64,000 bases of DNA from Deferribacterales bacterium (GTDB lineage: Bacteria; Chrysiogenota; Deferribacteres; Deferribacterales; Geovibrionaceae). Positions 18,858 to 29,433 of the stretch are shown here, piece by piece. The DNA lies in the NCBI GenBank assembly GCA_050253075.1, contig JBFWJS010000001.1:192001-256000 (forward strand). The letters are read 5' to 3'. Made by a program: the position numbers and the translations under genes. The notes below the pieces were generated by a model. The model saw only the letters and a program-made list of their open reading frames with translations. It was not told where the DNA came from and did no database searches. How positions within the stretch are numbered: position 1 is the first letter of the stretch; the number at the start of each line of letters is the position of its first letter.

Positions 18858-20774
18858 TTACACTGTGTAGAATATTGTGATCAGAACTATCACACCGACA
18901 GCCATTGTAAAAATGTATGTCTGTAAACGTCCTGTCTGTACGTGTCTTACAACTCCGGATAACCACATTGGAACACGTCCGAAGGCGTTTACAATGAAGT
19001 CGATGAAGTTAGCATCGAAACCTCTCCAAAGCATGTTGGAGATTGTTACGATAGGGTGTACGAATAAGAAGTCATAAAGCTCATCGAAGTACCATTTGTT
19101 AAGAAGGAACTTGTGGATAGGCTTAAATGTCTTAACTGTTTTCTCAGGCAGTGCCGGGAACATCTTAACATAAAACAGGTAAGATACGAATATACCGGCA
19201 GCAGCAACCGCGATGGAGAGCAGCATCAGCATTGTAGCTGTAGAGTGCTCCATGTGGTGCGGATGTGCGTGAGCAGGTGTAAGCACTGGTCCGAGGAAGT
19301 GGTGGATGTATCCGTTTTCAAGCGGATATCCGAATACCATACCCACGAGAACTGAAAGTATAGCAAGGAACACAAGTGGTCCGGCCATAGTCCATGGAGA
19401 TTCGTGAGCGTGATCGTGCAGATGCTGATCTCTCGGTGTTCCCTGGAACACGAGGAAGTAGGATCTGAACATATAGAATGCAGTCATACCTGCAACAGCT
19501 GTACCAACGAACCATGCGATGTTATGTCCGCCTGCGAATGTCATGGCAAGGATCTCATCCTTAGACCAGAAACCGGCAAGTGGCGGAATACCGGCGATTG
19601 CGATACAACCTATAAGGTATGTCCAATGTGTAACAGGCATTTTCTTCTTAAGTCCACCCATTATTCTTACGTCCAGCTGGTCATGCATAGCGTGCATAAC
19701 AGAACCGGAGCAAAGGAAGAGAAGACCTTTGAACATAGCGTGTGTGAAAAGGTGGAAGATAGCTGCAACATATGCACCCACACCAGTAGCCATGATCATG
19801 TAACCAAGCTGTGATACTGTGGAGTAAGCAAGGATTCTCTTAAGGTCGTACTGTGTAAGACCGATAGAAGCACCGAGGAATGCTGTCATAGCACCCGCGA
19901 ACACAACGAACTGAGAAGTCATGTGCGCTTCAGAGAAAAGAGCGTTACATCTAGCAACCATGTAAACACCGGCTGTAACCATTGTTGCCGCGTGGATAAG
20001 AGCGGAAACCGGTGTAGGACCTTCCATCGCATCCGGCAGCCATGTGTGCAGAGGGAACTGAGCAGATTTACCCATCGCTCCGCAGAAGAGACCGAATGTC
20101 ATAAGGTCGATAAGAGGGAGCTTCATGCCGAAGACAACAAAGCCTGCCTCTTTAATATGATGAATAGCTTCTGTGTTGAAAGCATCGGAGTACTGTACGC
20201 TTCTGAAAGTCACGATCACAAGAAGGAGACCGACATAGAAACCAAAGTCACCGATACGGTTCATAACGAAAGCTTTCTTACATGCATCAGCTGCGCTCTT
20301 TTTGTGGAACCAGAAACCGATAAGCAGGTATGAAGACAGACCCACAAGTTCCCAGCCGACAAAGAGCATAAGGAAGTTGTTACCAAGAACAAGTACAAGC
20401 ATGGAAAGTGTGAACACTGAAAGATATGTGAAGAATCTCCAGAATCCAGCATCACCGTGCATATAACCGATGGAGTATATATGAACCATCAGAGAGATTG
20501 TCGTAACAACTATAAGCATGATGGATGACAGCGGATCGATCAGTATACCAAATGGTATGGTGAGTTTACCCGCTACAACCCAGGTGTATAGTGTACCGTC
20601 TACGCTGAAACCTTGAGAAACAAGGTAGAATAATATAAGCGCGCAGATCCAGGAAACACTGACACCAGCGATAGCCACGATTGGTGCGGCATTTTTGATG
20701 TATCTTCTACCGAGAAGACCGTTTATCAAAAACGCAACAAGTGGCCCGAGTAGTGTTAATACTGCAAAAATCAT
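18858..20774 (-). CDS. nuoL: NADH-quinone oxidoreductase subunit L
   Basis: GKSAQFPLHTWLPDAMEGPTPVSALIHAATM. Confidence 0.95.
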   Translation of the reverse strand: MIFAVLTLLGPLVAFLINGLLGRRYIKNAAPIVAIAGVSVSWICALILFYLVSQGFSVDGTLYTWVVAGKLTIPFGILIDPLSSIMLIVVTTISLMVHIYSIGYMHGDAGFWRFFTYLSVFTLSMLVLVLGNNFLMLFVGWELVGLSSYLLIGFWFHKKSAADACKKAFVMNRIGDFGFYVGLLLVIVTFRSVQYSDAFNTEAIHHIKEAGFVVFGMKLPLIDLMTFGLFCGAMGKSAQFPLHTWLPDAMEGPTPVSALIHAATMVTAGVYMVARCNALFSEAHMTSQFVVFAGAMTAFLGASIGLTQYDLKRILAYSTVSQLGYMIMATGVGAYVAAIFHLFTHAMFKGLLFLCSGSVMHAMHDQLDVRIMGGLKKKMPVTHWTYLIGCIAIAGIPPLAGFWSKDEILAMTFAGGHNIAWFVGTAVAGMTAFYMFRSYFLVFQGTPRDQHLHDHAHESPWTMAGPLVFLAILSVLVGMVFGYPLENGYIHHFLGPVLTPAHAHPHHMEHSTATMLMLLSIAVAAAGIFVSYLFYVKMFPALPEKTVKTFKPIHKFLLNKWYFDELYDFLFVHPIVTISNMLWRGFDANFIDFIVNAFGRVPMWLSGVVRHVQTGRLQTYIFTMAVGVIVLITIFYTV

Positions 20775-20783
20775 AACCTACCT

Positions 20784-21086
20784 CTACCCTCTCATTGTAT
20801 TAATTTCATCAGCGTTGATGGTCTGCTTGTTTCTGAACATCGTGATGAACAGAGCAAGACCAACAGCGGCTTCAGCAGCAGCTACAGCCATGACGAACAC
20901 GATAAAAACCTGTCCGCTCATGGACTGAAGGTGGTTCGAAAAAGCTGCGAGGTTGATGTTAACGGCGTTAAGCATCAATTCCAGTGACATGAACATAACT
21001 ATGAGGTTTCTGCGAATCAGAACACCTGCCATGCCAATGGCAAAGATGATACCGCTCAGAACAAGATAATGTGCAAGCGTAAGCAT
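20784..21086 (-). CDS. nuoK: NADH-quinone oxidoreductase subunit K
   Basis: [16 protein letters not shown]. Confidence 0.95.
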   Translation of the reverse strand: MLTLAHYLVLSGIIFAIGMAGVLIRRNLIVMFMSLELMLNAVNINLAAFSNHLQSMSGQVFIVFVMAVAAAEAAVGLALFITMFRNKQTINADEINTMRG

Positions 21087-21096
21087 CTTTTCCCCC

Positions 21097-21609
21097 TTAA
21101 TCCTTTTTCGCTATTACAATTGCGCCGATCATTGCTACGAGGAGCATGATAGAAACTATCTCGAAAGGCACAAGGTAAGTTGTGAAAAGTTCAATACCGA
21201 ACAGTTTTACGTTTCCGAAGTTGTGCGGATCCGCAATACCTGTAAGCTTTGCTGTTTTGATGACATCAGCACCCATGAGAGTCATTACAACCTGAAGGAA
21301 AAGAACAAGAGCTACGATTCCTCCGAGTATAACTTTAAACGGCATCTTAATGAAGCCGGTAGACTTTGGATTGAGCAGCATCACAACAAACATATACAGA
21401 ACCAGAATCGCTCCTGCATATACCATTACCTGAATAGCCGCAATGAACTCGGCGTCAAGCTGTACGAAGATACCAGCTACACAGAAAAATGTGAGCAGCA
21501 TCCACAGTGCTGAATGAACAGGGTTTTCTCTGGTTATAAGAAACAGAGCAGATACAACCGCAGTGATTCCCAGCACCCAGAATCCTATGTTTGCCAGAAT
21601 TGCGTTCAT
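21097..21609 (-). CDS. nuoJ: NADH-quinone oxidoreductase subunit J
   Basis: [19 protein letters not shown]. Confidence 0.95.
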   Translation of the reverse strand: MNAILANIGFWVLGITAVVSALFLITRENPVHSALWMLLTFFCVAGIFVQLDAEFIAAIQVMVYAGAILVLYMFVVMLLNPKSTGFIKMPFKVILGGIVALVLFLQVVMTLMGADVIKTAKLTGIADPHNFGNVKLFGIELFTTYLVPFEIVSIMLLVAMIGAIVIAKKD

Positions 21610-22109
21610 TGCTTAACTCCTTCAACAAGTTTCTTTTTGAGATGCTTATTCTTCCAGTTACCTTCAAGGTTGTCCTTGTAGTTCTGGGAAAGTGTCTTCA
21701 TGTTGATGACATAGTTGTCTCTTGTGGAGTCAACTATGTTCCACTCCCATCCCATGTGGATGGCGTCAACAGGGCAGACCTCTTCGCAGTATCCGCAATA
21801 GATACATCTGGAAAGGTCGAGCTCGTACTTTCTGATAAGTCTCTCGCCGTTTGGACCGCAGTCAGTTTCGATGTGGATACACTCTGAAGGGCAAACCTTC
21901 TGGCAGAGGTAACAACCCACACACTTTGTGCTGCCGTCAGCGTGTGTCTTTATATACTGAACACCTCTGAATCTATCCTGTATAGGAGTAGCTTCATAGG
22001 GGTATTTGTAAGTCACAGGTTTTGTAAACATGTGCTTCAGGGTAATGCTGAGACCCTTGAGGATTTCAGTAAAGAAAAGTGTTTCAAATACGTTCTTTCT
22101 CATTTTCAT
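21606..22109 (-). CDS. nuoI: NADH-quinone oxidoreductase subunit I (start 22103-22112)
   Basis: Two CxxCxxCxxxCP motifs; RFRG. Confidence 0.95.
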   Translation of the reverse strand: MKMRKNVFETLFFTEILKGLSITLKHMFTKPVTYKYPYEATPIQDRFRGVQYIKTHADGSTKCVGCYLCQKVCPSECIHIETDCGPNGERLIRKYELDLSRCIYCGYCEEVCPVDAIHMGWEWNIVDSTRDNYVINMKTLSQNYKDNLEGNWKNKHLKKKLVEGVKQ

Positions 22110-22115
22110 CACCCC

Positions 22116-23102
22116 TTAATTCCTTACCGCGTATACAACAATACTTGTTACAAGCAGGTTGCAGAGTGCGATAGGAATAAGTATTTTCCATCCAAGGCTC
22201 ATAAGCTGATCGTATCTGAGTCGTGGGAGCGTAGCTCTCAGCCACAGATAGAAGAACATGAATGCAAGCATCTTAATGAGCATCCAAGCGAGCGGTGGAA
22301 GAAGAGGACCGTTGTAACCGCCGAGGAACATAACTGCACATATAGCAGAGATGACCCACATGTTTGCGTATTCGCCGAGGAAGAACATTGCAAACCTCAT
22401 AGATGAATACTCAGTGTGGAAACCGGAGACAATCTCTGTCTCTGCTTCCGCAAGGTCAAACGGAGCTCTGTTTGTCTCAGCAACGGCTGAGATAGTAAAT
22501 ATTACAAATGCAACAATCTGTGGAACGATGTACCACATACCGGCCTGTGCATCAACGATGCTCTTGAGGCTGAGTGAGCCAGCAAGAAGGACAGGACCGA
22601 TGAGTGAGAGTCCCAGAGCTGTTTCATAACTGATAACCTGAGCTGTAGAACGAAGAGAACCAAGTGTGGAATACTTCGAGTTAGAAGCCCAACCGGACAT
22701 AATGATACCGTAGACACCCACAGAAGAGAGTGCCAGCAGGTAAAGAAGTCCGACATTGATATCAGCTACATAAGGCTGAACCTGCATGCCGAAGAGAGTC
22801 ATCTCATCAGCAAAAGGTATAACCGCGAAGCCGGCAAGACCCGGAACCATGCCAAGAAAAGGTGCGACATAGAATACAGGTTTATCAACCATATCTGGTG
22901 TCATATCTTCTTTAGCAAAGAGTTTCAGACCGTCGGCTAAGGGCTGCAGAAGTCCTTTAGGACCTGTGTGCGATGGACCGAGACGTACCTGCATATGACC
23001 GATAACCTTTCTTTCAGCATAGGTCATATAGGCAACACCGGTAAGCGTGCACACAACTATAATCAGTATCTTGATTAGTGTGAAGACAATCGCGAGTACC
23101 AT
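22116..23102 (-). CDS. nuoH: NADH-quinone oxidoreductase subunit H
   Basis: ERKV..MQ.R.GP, ADGLKL, ETNRAPFD. Confidence 0.95.
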   Translation of the reverse strand: MVLAIVFTLIKILIIVVCTLTGVAYMTYAERKVIGHMQVRLGPSHTGPKGLLQPLADGLKLFAKEDMTPDMVDKPVFYVAPFLGMVPGLAGFAVIPFADEMTLFGMQVQPYVADINVGLLYLLALSSVGVYGIIMSGWASNSKYSTLGSLRSTAQVISYETALGLSLIGPVLLAGSLSLKSIVDAQAGMWYIVPQIVAFVIFTISAVAETNRAPFDLAEAETEIVSGFHTEYSSMRFAMFFLGEYANMWVISAICAVMFLGGYNGPLLPPLAWMLIKMLAFMFFYLWLRATLPRLRYDQLMSLGWKILIPIALCNLLVTSIVVYAVRN

Positions 23103-23129
23103 TCCCCTACCTCTTATCTATAACTTTCA

Positions 23130-25376
23130 TTACTTACTTATTTCCGCTTTCAGATATCTTCCGAGTGAGAAGATATCGGCTGTCGAAACAAAATCCTCAG
23201 GGAGTGTTACACAACCCTTTGTCATTTGCTTATCTATCTCAACAACAAACTCACCGGAGAAGCCGTCGCCTTTAACTTTGGCTGTGTCGCCGTTGTTAAG
23301 TCCGAGAGCTTTCGCATCGTCCACGCCGAGTGTGAGCTTCGGAGAGCCATACACCTTAGCGAGGTCAGGTGACCATCTTGTATAAGAACCTGAATGCAGC
23401 CTGAGGCTAGCGGGATAAAGGTAGAACTTGCCGTTGCCTTTGGCTGTGGCTGCGACCTTCTCAGCATCAGCTTTGAAAACTGATGGATAGGCTACAGTAC
23501 CGCCGTCCCACTCGACACCGGAGTAAAGTTTCACCTCTTTTTCAATGAGACCTCTTACAGCATAAGCGTCTGTAGGAAGCTCTGCACCGAGAGCCTTAGC
23601 GAGCTTAGCAATAACTTCAGCATCTGAAGGTACGCCTTTGTCAACAGCCTTGCTTACGAGCTGAACTCTTCCCTCAAGGTTAGTGAAGGAACCGCTCTTC
23701 TCGGCAAATGTAGCAACAGGAACGTAAACGCTCGCTGCTTTAGCTGTTTCGCTCATGAAAGGATCGGTAACCATAAGCAGATCAAGTTTCGCAAATGCGC
23801 CTGCGAGCTTGCTCCAGCCTGTTCTGGTGAGGATGTTTTCTCCGAGGCAGATCACATTTTTGATCTTTCCGGATTCAACACCTGCAGCGAATTCAGCAGG
23901 AGATTTAGCTGCGCATCCCATATCTACGATACCAACAGAGTTGTTCTTAGACTTAGCAGGGACCAGCTTGATCTTATCACAAGCCTTTTTGATGGCCTGT
24001 GCAATATAAGTGTCTGCTTCGTTGTACGGATCGAAGACAACAACAGGTCTCTCAGCGTTTACAAGCGCCTTAGCCTCTGCTGCGTATTCATTCTCCGCAC
24101 CGCCGACAGCAGCACAGAATTTCTCCATCTCGCCGTGAAGCTCTTCAGGGTTGCCTGTTACAAATTTTGTAGCGACTCTTCTGAGAGCAGTGAAGCTAGG
24201 GTAGAAAACTGTGAGAGGAGCCTCACCTTTTCTAGCCGCAACTCTTACTGCGAGACCAAGAATTGGATTGGATTCTGTAACGTTGATGTTAAGAACTGCG
24301 ACTGCATCGGAGCCCTCTACATCTGCGTATGTTGCCTCAGGGTTGATAGCGTCTGTCTCTGTGGAGTAGATGCTGCCTGTGCCGATAACGCCTGCGAGCT
24401 TAGTAGCGAGGAATGCTTCCTCGTTTGTAAGTCTAGGTGAAACAACAACAGCAACACTATCCTTAGCAGCTGCTTTAAGTTTTTCGGCAGCGTACTCGAC
24501 AGCTTCGTCTATAGAAACTTTTTTAGCTTCGCCGCTTACTTTAACCTGAGCCTCAGTTTCACGCTTTACGCTGTTCATAAAGTCGAAACCGAAACGTCCC
24601 TTAGCACACATGTATCCGTGGTTAACGCCTTCTTCAGGCATTTCATTCATACGGAATACTTCGTTTCCTTCGTAGTCTATGCTGACAGTACATCCGCAAG
24701 AGCAGAGACCGCAGACAGTCTTTTCACTTTCGAGGTTCCATGGTCTGTTTTTGAACAGGTACACTCTGTTGTTAAGTGAGCCGACCGGACATACGCTGAT
24801 ACACTGACCGCAGTATTCACAGTTCCAAGGCTGCTCGAATGAAGTACCGATGATAGTATCTGTACCTCTGTTAAGGAATGAAATAGCCTCAACGTTTACA
24901 ACCTCGTCACATATACGTACGCAGCGTCCGCAAAGTACACATCTGTCGATGTCCCTCTCGATGAAAGGGTTTGTGTGGTCAACAGGTGTATCGTTAGGAA
25001 CAGCGTCGAAACGAACTTTTGTAACACCGACTTCATAAGTAAGGTCTTGCAGAGTACACTCGCCGCCTTTGTCACAAACAGGACAGTCAAGCGGGTGGTT
25101 GATAAGAAGCAGCTCGATAGCTGTCTTACGTACTCTGGAGAGCTTCTCAGATTCGGTAACGATTTCCATTTTATCGGTTACAGGTGTTGTACAAGCGGCC
25201 TGAAGCTTTGGCATACCGACCTGCTCAACAAGACAAACCCTGCAAGCACCGAAAGGATTAAGCCTGGAGTCGTGACAAAGCACTGGAATGTGAACCCCGG
25301 CCTCTTTTGCGGCATCGAGTATCGTAGTTCCCGCTGGAACCTCAACCTCTTTTCCGTTTATTTTTACAGTAAGCAT
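23130..25376 (-). CDS. nuoG: NADH-quinone oxidoreductase subunit G
   Basis: GACRVC, NHPLDCPVCDKGGEC, RCVLCGRCVRIC, CEYCGQCISVCP, CGLCSCGC. Confidence 0.93.
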   Translation of the reverse strand: MLTVKINGKEVEVPAGTTILDAAKEAGVHIPVLCHDSRLNPFGACRVCLVEQVGMPKLQAACTTPVTDKMEIVTESEKLSRVRKTAIELLLINHPLDCPVCDKGGECTLQDLTYEVGVTKVRFDAVPNDTPVDHTNPFIERDIDRCVLCGRCVRICDEVVNVEAISFLNRGTDTIIGTSFEQPWNCEYCGQCISVCPVGSLNNRVYLFKNRPWNLESEKTVCGLCSCGCTVSIDYEGNEVFRMNEMPEEGVNHGYMCAKGRFGFDFMNSVKRETEAQVKVSGEAKKVSIDEAVEYAAEKLKAAAKDSVAVVVSPRLTNEEAFLATKLAGVIGTGSIYSTETDAINPEATYADVEGSDAVAVLNINVTESNPILGLAVRVAARKGEAPLTVFYPSFTALRRVATKFVTGNPEELHGEMEKFCAAVGGAENEYAAEAKALVNAERPVVVFDPYNEADTYIAQAIKKACDKIKLVPAKSKNNSVGIVDMGCAAKSPAEFAAGVESGKIKNVICLGENILTRTGWSKLAGAFAKLDLLMVTDPFMSETAKAASVYVPVATFAEKSGSFTNLEGRVQLVSKAVDKGVPSDAEVIAKLAKALGAELPTDAYAVRGLIEKEVKLYSGVEWDGGTVAYPSVFKADAEKVAATAKGNGKFYLYPASLRLHSGSYTRWSPDLAKVYGSPKLTLGVDDAKALGLNNGDTAKVKGDGFSGEFVVEIDKQMTKGCVTLPEDFVSTADIFSLGRYLKAEISK

Positions 25377-25395
25377 ACTGAAATTCTCCTCGGTC

Positions 25396-27192
25396 CTAAT
25401 CTATCGCGTTAAATGGACAGTTCACGATACACTCGCGACACTTAACGCATTTTTCATTGTCGATAACTGCATAAGTACCTTTCTCCCATGTGATAGCATC
25501 AACAGGGCAAGCCTTTTTACAGAGACCGCATTTTTTACATCTCTCGTCGACAACAACAAACTCGATGAGCTCTGCACATTCCCTTGCAGGACACTTCTTA
25601 TCAAAAATATGAGCTTCATATTCATGTCTGAAGTATTTGATTGTCGTAAGTACCGGGTTCGGAGCTGTTTGTCCGAGACCGCAGAGAGAAGCTGTCTTAA
25701 TATCCTCACCGAGCTGAAGGAGCAGATCGATATCTTCTGCGCGTCCTTTACCGGTTGTGATTCTGTCCAGGATATCAAGCATTGTCTTAGTTCCGATTCG
25801 ACATGGTATACATTTACCACAGGACTCTCTCTGTGTGAATGTAAGGAAGAACTGTGCAACGTTAACCATGCAGTTAGTCTCATCCATTACAACCACACCG
25901 CCGGATCCCATCATAGCTCCAGCCTGGATAAGTGAGTCGTAGTCGATTGGTGTTTCAAGGTGGTCAGGTGTAAGACATCCGCCGGATGGTCCGCCGAGCT
26001 GAACAGCCTTGAACTTTCTCTTTTTAGGGATACCGCCGCCAACGTCAAAGATGAGCTCGCGTACAGTAATACCCATAGGAACTTCCACAAGACCGGAAGA
26101 TTTAATCTTTCCTGAAAGAGCAAAGATCTTTGTACCTTTTGATTTTTCAGTACCGATGTTTGCATACCACTCAGATCCCTTAAGTACGATGTTAGGGAGG
26201 TTAGCAAAAGTCTCAACGTTGTTAACGTTGGATGGTTTCTGCCAGAGTCCTCTAACAGCAGGGAAAGGAGGTCTTGGTCTTGGCATTCCTCTTTCGCCTT
26301 CGATAGATGCAATAAGAGCTGTCTCTTCACCACAAACGAAAGCACCGGCACCGGCCTTCAGCTTAAGTTTGAAGTTGTATTCTGTACCGAATACGTGCTT
26401 GCCGAGATACCCGGCAGCTTCTGCATCTGCGATAGCTTTTATAACTCTTTCAATTGCCAGCGGATATTCCGCACGGCAGTAGATGTAGCCTTCATCACAG
26501 CCGATTGCATAACCTGCAATAAGCATACCTTCGATAACGGCGTGCGGGTTACCCTCGATGATGGAACGGTCCATGAACGCTCCCGGGTCACCCTCATCCG
26601 CATTACAGATAAGGTATTTGTGATCTTCAGTTTTGCTTCCTCTACAGAATGTCCATTTAAGACCTGTAGGGAAACCACCGCCCCCACGACCGCGGAGACC
26701 GGACTTTTTAACTTCTTCGATGACATCCTCAGGCTTCATTGTGAGAGCTTTTTTGATGGCTTCGTAGCCGCCGTGCTTCACATAGTCCTCAAGGCTTTCC
26801 GGGTCTACGCGACCGCAGTCATGAAGAACATAACGCTTTTGTTTATCGTAGAACTGGAAGTAGTCAGCTTTGGCAGCCCACTTTTCAACAACATTGCCGC
26901 CGACGATGTGCTCTTCTACAATAGTAGGAACCATCTCAGCAGTAACGTGCTCGTAAGTGATGCCTTTTTCAGCGCCAGGAATGTAGACGTCTATAAGAAC
27001 GTCACGGGCACAAAGACCCCTGCATCCTGTCTGCTTAGCTTCACAGTTTCTTTCTTTAGATTCAGCGTTTTTGAGACCATGCTTCTCGAACTCAGCGTCG
27101 AGAGCCTCCATGACCTCTTTCGCGCCTGATGCCACCCCAGCGGTACCCATACAGACGTGAACTTCAACGTGATCTGTTTTATAATCGTTCAT
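25396..27192 (-). CDS. nuoF: NADH-binding subunit NuoF, HydB/HndC-like extended type
   Basis: SGLRGRGGGGFP, NADEGDPGAFMDR, ESCGKCIPC; extra N-terminal thioredoxin-like Fe-S domain and C-terminal 2x[4Fe-4S]. Confidence 0.93.
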   Translation of the reverse strand: MNDYKTDHVEVHVCMGTAGVASGAKEVMEALDAEFEKHGLKNAESKERNCEAKQTGCRGLCARDVLIDVYIPGAEKGITYEHVTAEMVPTIVEEHIVGGNVVEKWAAKADYFQFYDKQKRYVLHDCGRVDPESLEDYVKHGGYEAIKKALTMKPEDVIEEVKKSGLRGRGGGGFPTGLKWTFCRGSKTEDHKYLICNADEGDPGAFMDRSIIEGNPHAVIEGMLIAGYAIGCDEGYIYCRAEYPLAIERVIKAIADAEAAGYLGKHVFGTEYNFKLKLKAGAGAFVCGEETALIASIEGERGMPRPRPPFPAVRGLWQKPSNVNNVETFANLPNIVLKGSEWYANIGTEKSKGTKIFALSGKIKSSGLVEVPMGITVRELIFDVGGGIPKKRKFKAVQLGGPSGGCLTPDHLETPIDYDSLIQAGAMMGSGGVVVMDETNCMVNVAQFFLTFTQRESCGKCIPCRIGTKTMLDILDRITTGKGRAEDIDLLLQLGEDIKTASLCGLGQTAPNPVLTTIKYFRHEYEAHIFDKKCPARECAELIEFVVVDERCKKCGLCKKACPVDAITWEKGTYAVIDNEKCVKCRECIVNCPFNAID

Positions 27193-27201
27193 AACCTGCC
27201 C

Positions 27202-27714
27202 CTATGCTTCCGGAAGATTTGCCGCATAATCCTTAAAGATCTTTCTGGCATCTTCAGGCTTAAGGTTACCGTATGTTTTATTGTTAATCATGATAACGGG
27301 AGCCATACCGCATGCACCGATGCATGAAACCTCTTCAAGTGTGAAAAGGAGGTCAGCACTTGTTTCACCGTTAGCAATTTTAAACTCTTCGCCGACAATC
27401 TCTGAAATACGTCCGGAACCCTGAACGTGACAAGCAGTTCCTCTGCAAACCCTGATGATGTATTTACCACGAGGTTTTGTATAGAACTGTGCGTAGAAGG
27501 TGATCACACCGTAAATAGTGTGAGGAGACATATTCATATTGTCAGCAATTCTTTCAACCAGCTCCGGGAAGAGAAAACCGTAAGCGTCCTGAGTCTGCTG
27601 AAGAACAGGTATTGTTGCTCCAGGCCAGTCTTTGTACTTCTCACAGATCTCGTCGCACATAGCGGGATCGAATTCTTGAGTTTCTTCTTGTTCTACTACT
27701 TCATTCTCTGCCAT
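27202..27714 (-). CDS. nuoE: NADH-quinone oxidoreductase subunit E
   Basis: VCRGTACH, CIGACGMAP. Confidence 0.93.
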   Translation of the reverse strand: MAENEVVEQEETQEFDPAMCDEICEKYKDWPGATIPVLQQTQDAYGFLFPELVERIADNMNMSPHTIYGVITFYAQFYTKPRGKYIIRVCRGTACHVQGSGRISEIVGEEFKIANGETSADLLFTLEEVSCIGACGMAPVIMINNKTYGNLKPEDARKIFKDYAANLPEA

Positions 27715-27726
27715 TTCTGCTTCCCC

Positions 27727-28914
27727 TTACCTGTCAATCTCACCGAGTACAACGTCGTTTGTACCGATGATAGCAACAAGGTCAGCCAGCATGTGGCCTT
27801 TAGCCATTTTGTTGAGAACGCCAAGGTTTACGAATGAGGGGGATCTGATCTTCATTCTGTAAGGTCTTTCTTCCCCTTCACTGATCAGGTAGAATCCAAG
27901 CTCACCTTTTGTAGCTTCGATACCCTGGTATGTCTCACCTTTAGGTGGACGGAAACCTTTGGAAACTATGTAGAATCTTCTGATAAGAGATTCCATGCGC
28001 TCGTAAACATCTTCGTGTGAAGGCATAGCGACACGAGGGTCTTCTGTCATCACGCCGCCTTCAGCAGGTATCTGCTCAAGAGCTTGTCTGATGATGCTGT
28101 TAGATACGCGCATCTCTTTCATTCTGACTTTATATCTAGCGTATGTATCGCCTTCCTGCTCAACAGGTACTTCCCATTCGAATCTATCATAGATTCCGTA
28201 TGGCTCGTCTCTTCTGAGGTCGAAGTCCACGCCGGAGCCTCTCATGATAGGTCCTGATGTACCGTAAGCCATAGCCTCTTCACCTGTGAGGTTACCGATG
28301 CCGATGGTACGTCCCATCCAGATTCTGTTTGTAGTAAGAAGGTTCTCATATGTATCAACACATGTTTCAAATCTGCTGACGAAGTCCGCAAGTTCTGTGT
28401 AGAAATCTTCCGGCATATCTTCTCTGACACCGCCGATTCTCATCCATGAAGATGTCATACGCTGACCTGTTCCCTTCTCGAAAAGATCGAGGAGTTCTTC
28501 ACGCTCACGGAAAGCATAAAGGAAAACAGTCATAGCACCAATATCGAGTGCGTGTGTAGCAATCCAAACTAAGTGGGAAACCAGTCTAGACATCTCTGCG
28601 AGGATAACACGGAGGTACTCCGCTCTCTCTGGGATTTTAACGTCAAAGAATCTTTCAACAGCGAGACAATATCCAAGGTTATTAGAAAGAGGTGATAAGT
28701 AGTCGAGTCTATCTGTCAGTGGAATAGTCTGGTGATAAGTTCTGTTCTCAGCCAGTTTTTCAGTTCCTCTGTGCAGAAAGCCTACGTCAGGGTCAACATT
28801 GACGATTGTTTCACCGTCAAGGTCTACAACAAGTCGCAAAACACCGTGTGTACTGGGGTGCTGAGGCCCCATGTTTACGGTTAATACTTCTGATACGTTT
28901 TCCATTCTACTCAT
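27727..28914 (-). CDS. nuoD: NADH-quinone oxidoreductase subunit D
   Basis: NMGPQHPSTHGVLR, GFLHRGTEK, DRLDY, GEIDR. Start set to ATG 28914. Confidence 0.95.
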   Translation of the reverse strand: MSRMENVSEVLTVNMGPQHPSTHGVLRLVVDLDGETIVNVDPDVGFLHRGTEKLAENRTYHQTIPLTDRLDYLSPLSNNLGYCLAVERFFDVKIPERAEYLRVILAEMSRLVSHLVWIATHALDIGAMTVFLYAFREREELLDLFEKGTGQRMTSSWMRIGGVREDMPEDFYTELADFVSRFETCVDTYENLLTTNRIWMGRTIGIGNLTGEEAMAYGTSGPIMRGSGVDFDLRRDEPYGIYDRFEWEVPVEQEGDTYARYKVRMKEMRVSNSIIRQALEQIPAEGGVMTEDPRVAMPSHEDVYERMESLIRRFYIVSKGFRPPKGETYQGIEATKGELGFYLISEGEERPYRMKIRSPSFVNLGVLNKMAKGHMLADLVAIIGTNDVVLGEIDR

Positions 28915-28924
28915 ATTTCCGCCC

Positions 28925-29422
28925 CTACCTTGTAAACTTAAGTCCGAGACCCTGTTCGTCAGCATTGTTGAACCAGGTTCTCTCCTTAAGCGGAAAGTCT
29001 TTTCTGAGAGGGTGTCCTTCAAAGAACTCAGGCAGAAGTATTCTTCTGAGGTCCGGATGTCCTTCGAATATAACACCGACAAGGTCGTATTGTTCTCTTT
29101 CCATCAGGTTAGCACCTATCCAGGTGTCAGTGATGGTCGGGAACTTATTGTCTTCACTTGCAAGCTTCACAAAAACCCTGAGTTTGTTCTCAATAGAGAA
29201 GAGATTGTTTGTTACTTCAAACTTCTCACGTCTCTTAGGCCAGTGAGTCGCAACGACATCGACCATATATTTGAAGGAGTATTCGTCACGAAGAGCTGTA
29301 AGTACCTCTTTGTAATCAGCAACGTCCTTCACTTTGATAAAATTACACTTGAACTCTGTGTAGCAGTTAAGCTTTTCAGGGAACTGTGCAGACAGTTTTT
29401 CAGTAAGCTGTTCGAATGTCAT
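28925..29422 (-). CDS. nuoC: NADH-quinone oxidoreductase subunit C
   Basis: ERE.YDL.G..FEGHPDLRRIL...GHPLRKDFP. Confidence 0.95.
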   Translation of the reverse strand: MTFEQLTEKLSAQFPEKLNCYTEFKCNFIKVKDVADYKEVLTALRDEYSFKYMVDVVATHWPKRREKFEVTNNLFSIENKLRVFVKLASEDNKFPTITDTWIGANLMEREQYDLVGVIFEGHPDLRRILLPEFFEGHPLRKDFPLKERTWFNNADEQGLGLKFTR

Positions 29423-29433
29423 AGTATTACTCC

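Noticed and set aside
28915..29082. N-terminal extension of NuoD in the ORF track
   Set aside because: Overlaps nuoC in another frame; homology and RBS point to ATG 28914.
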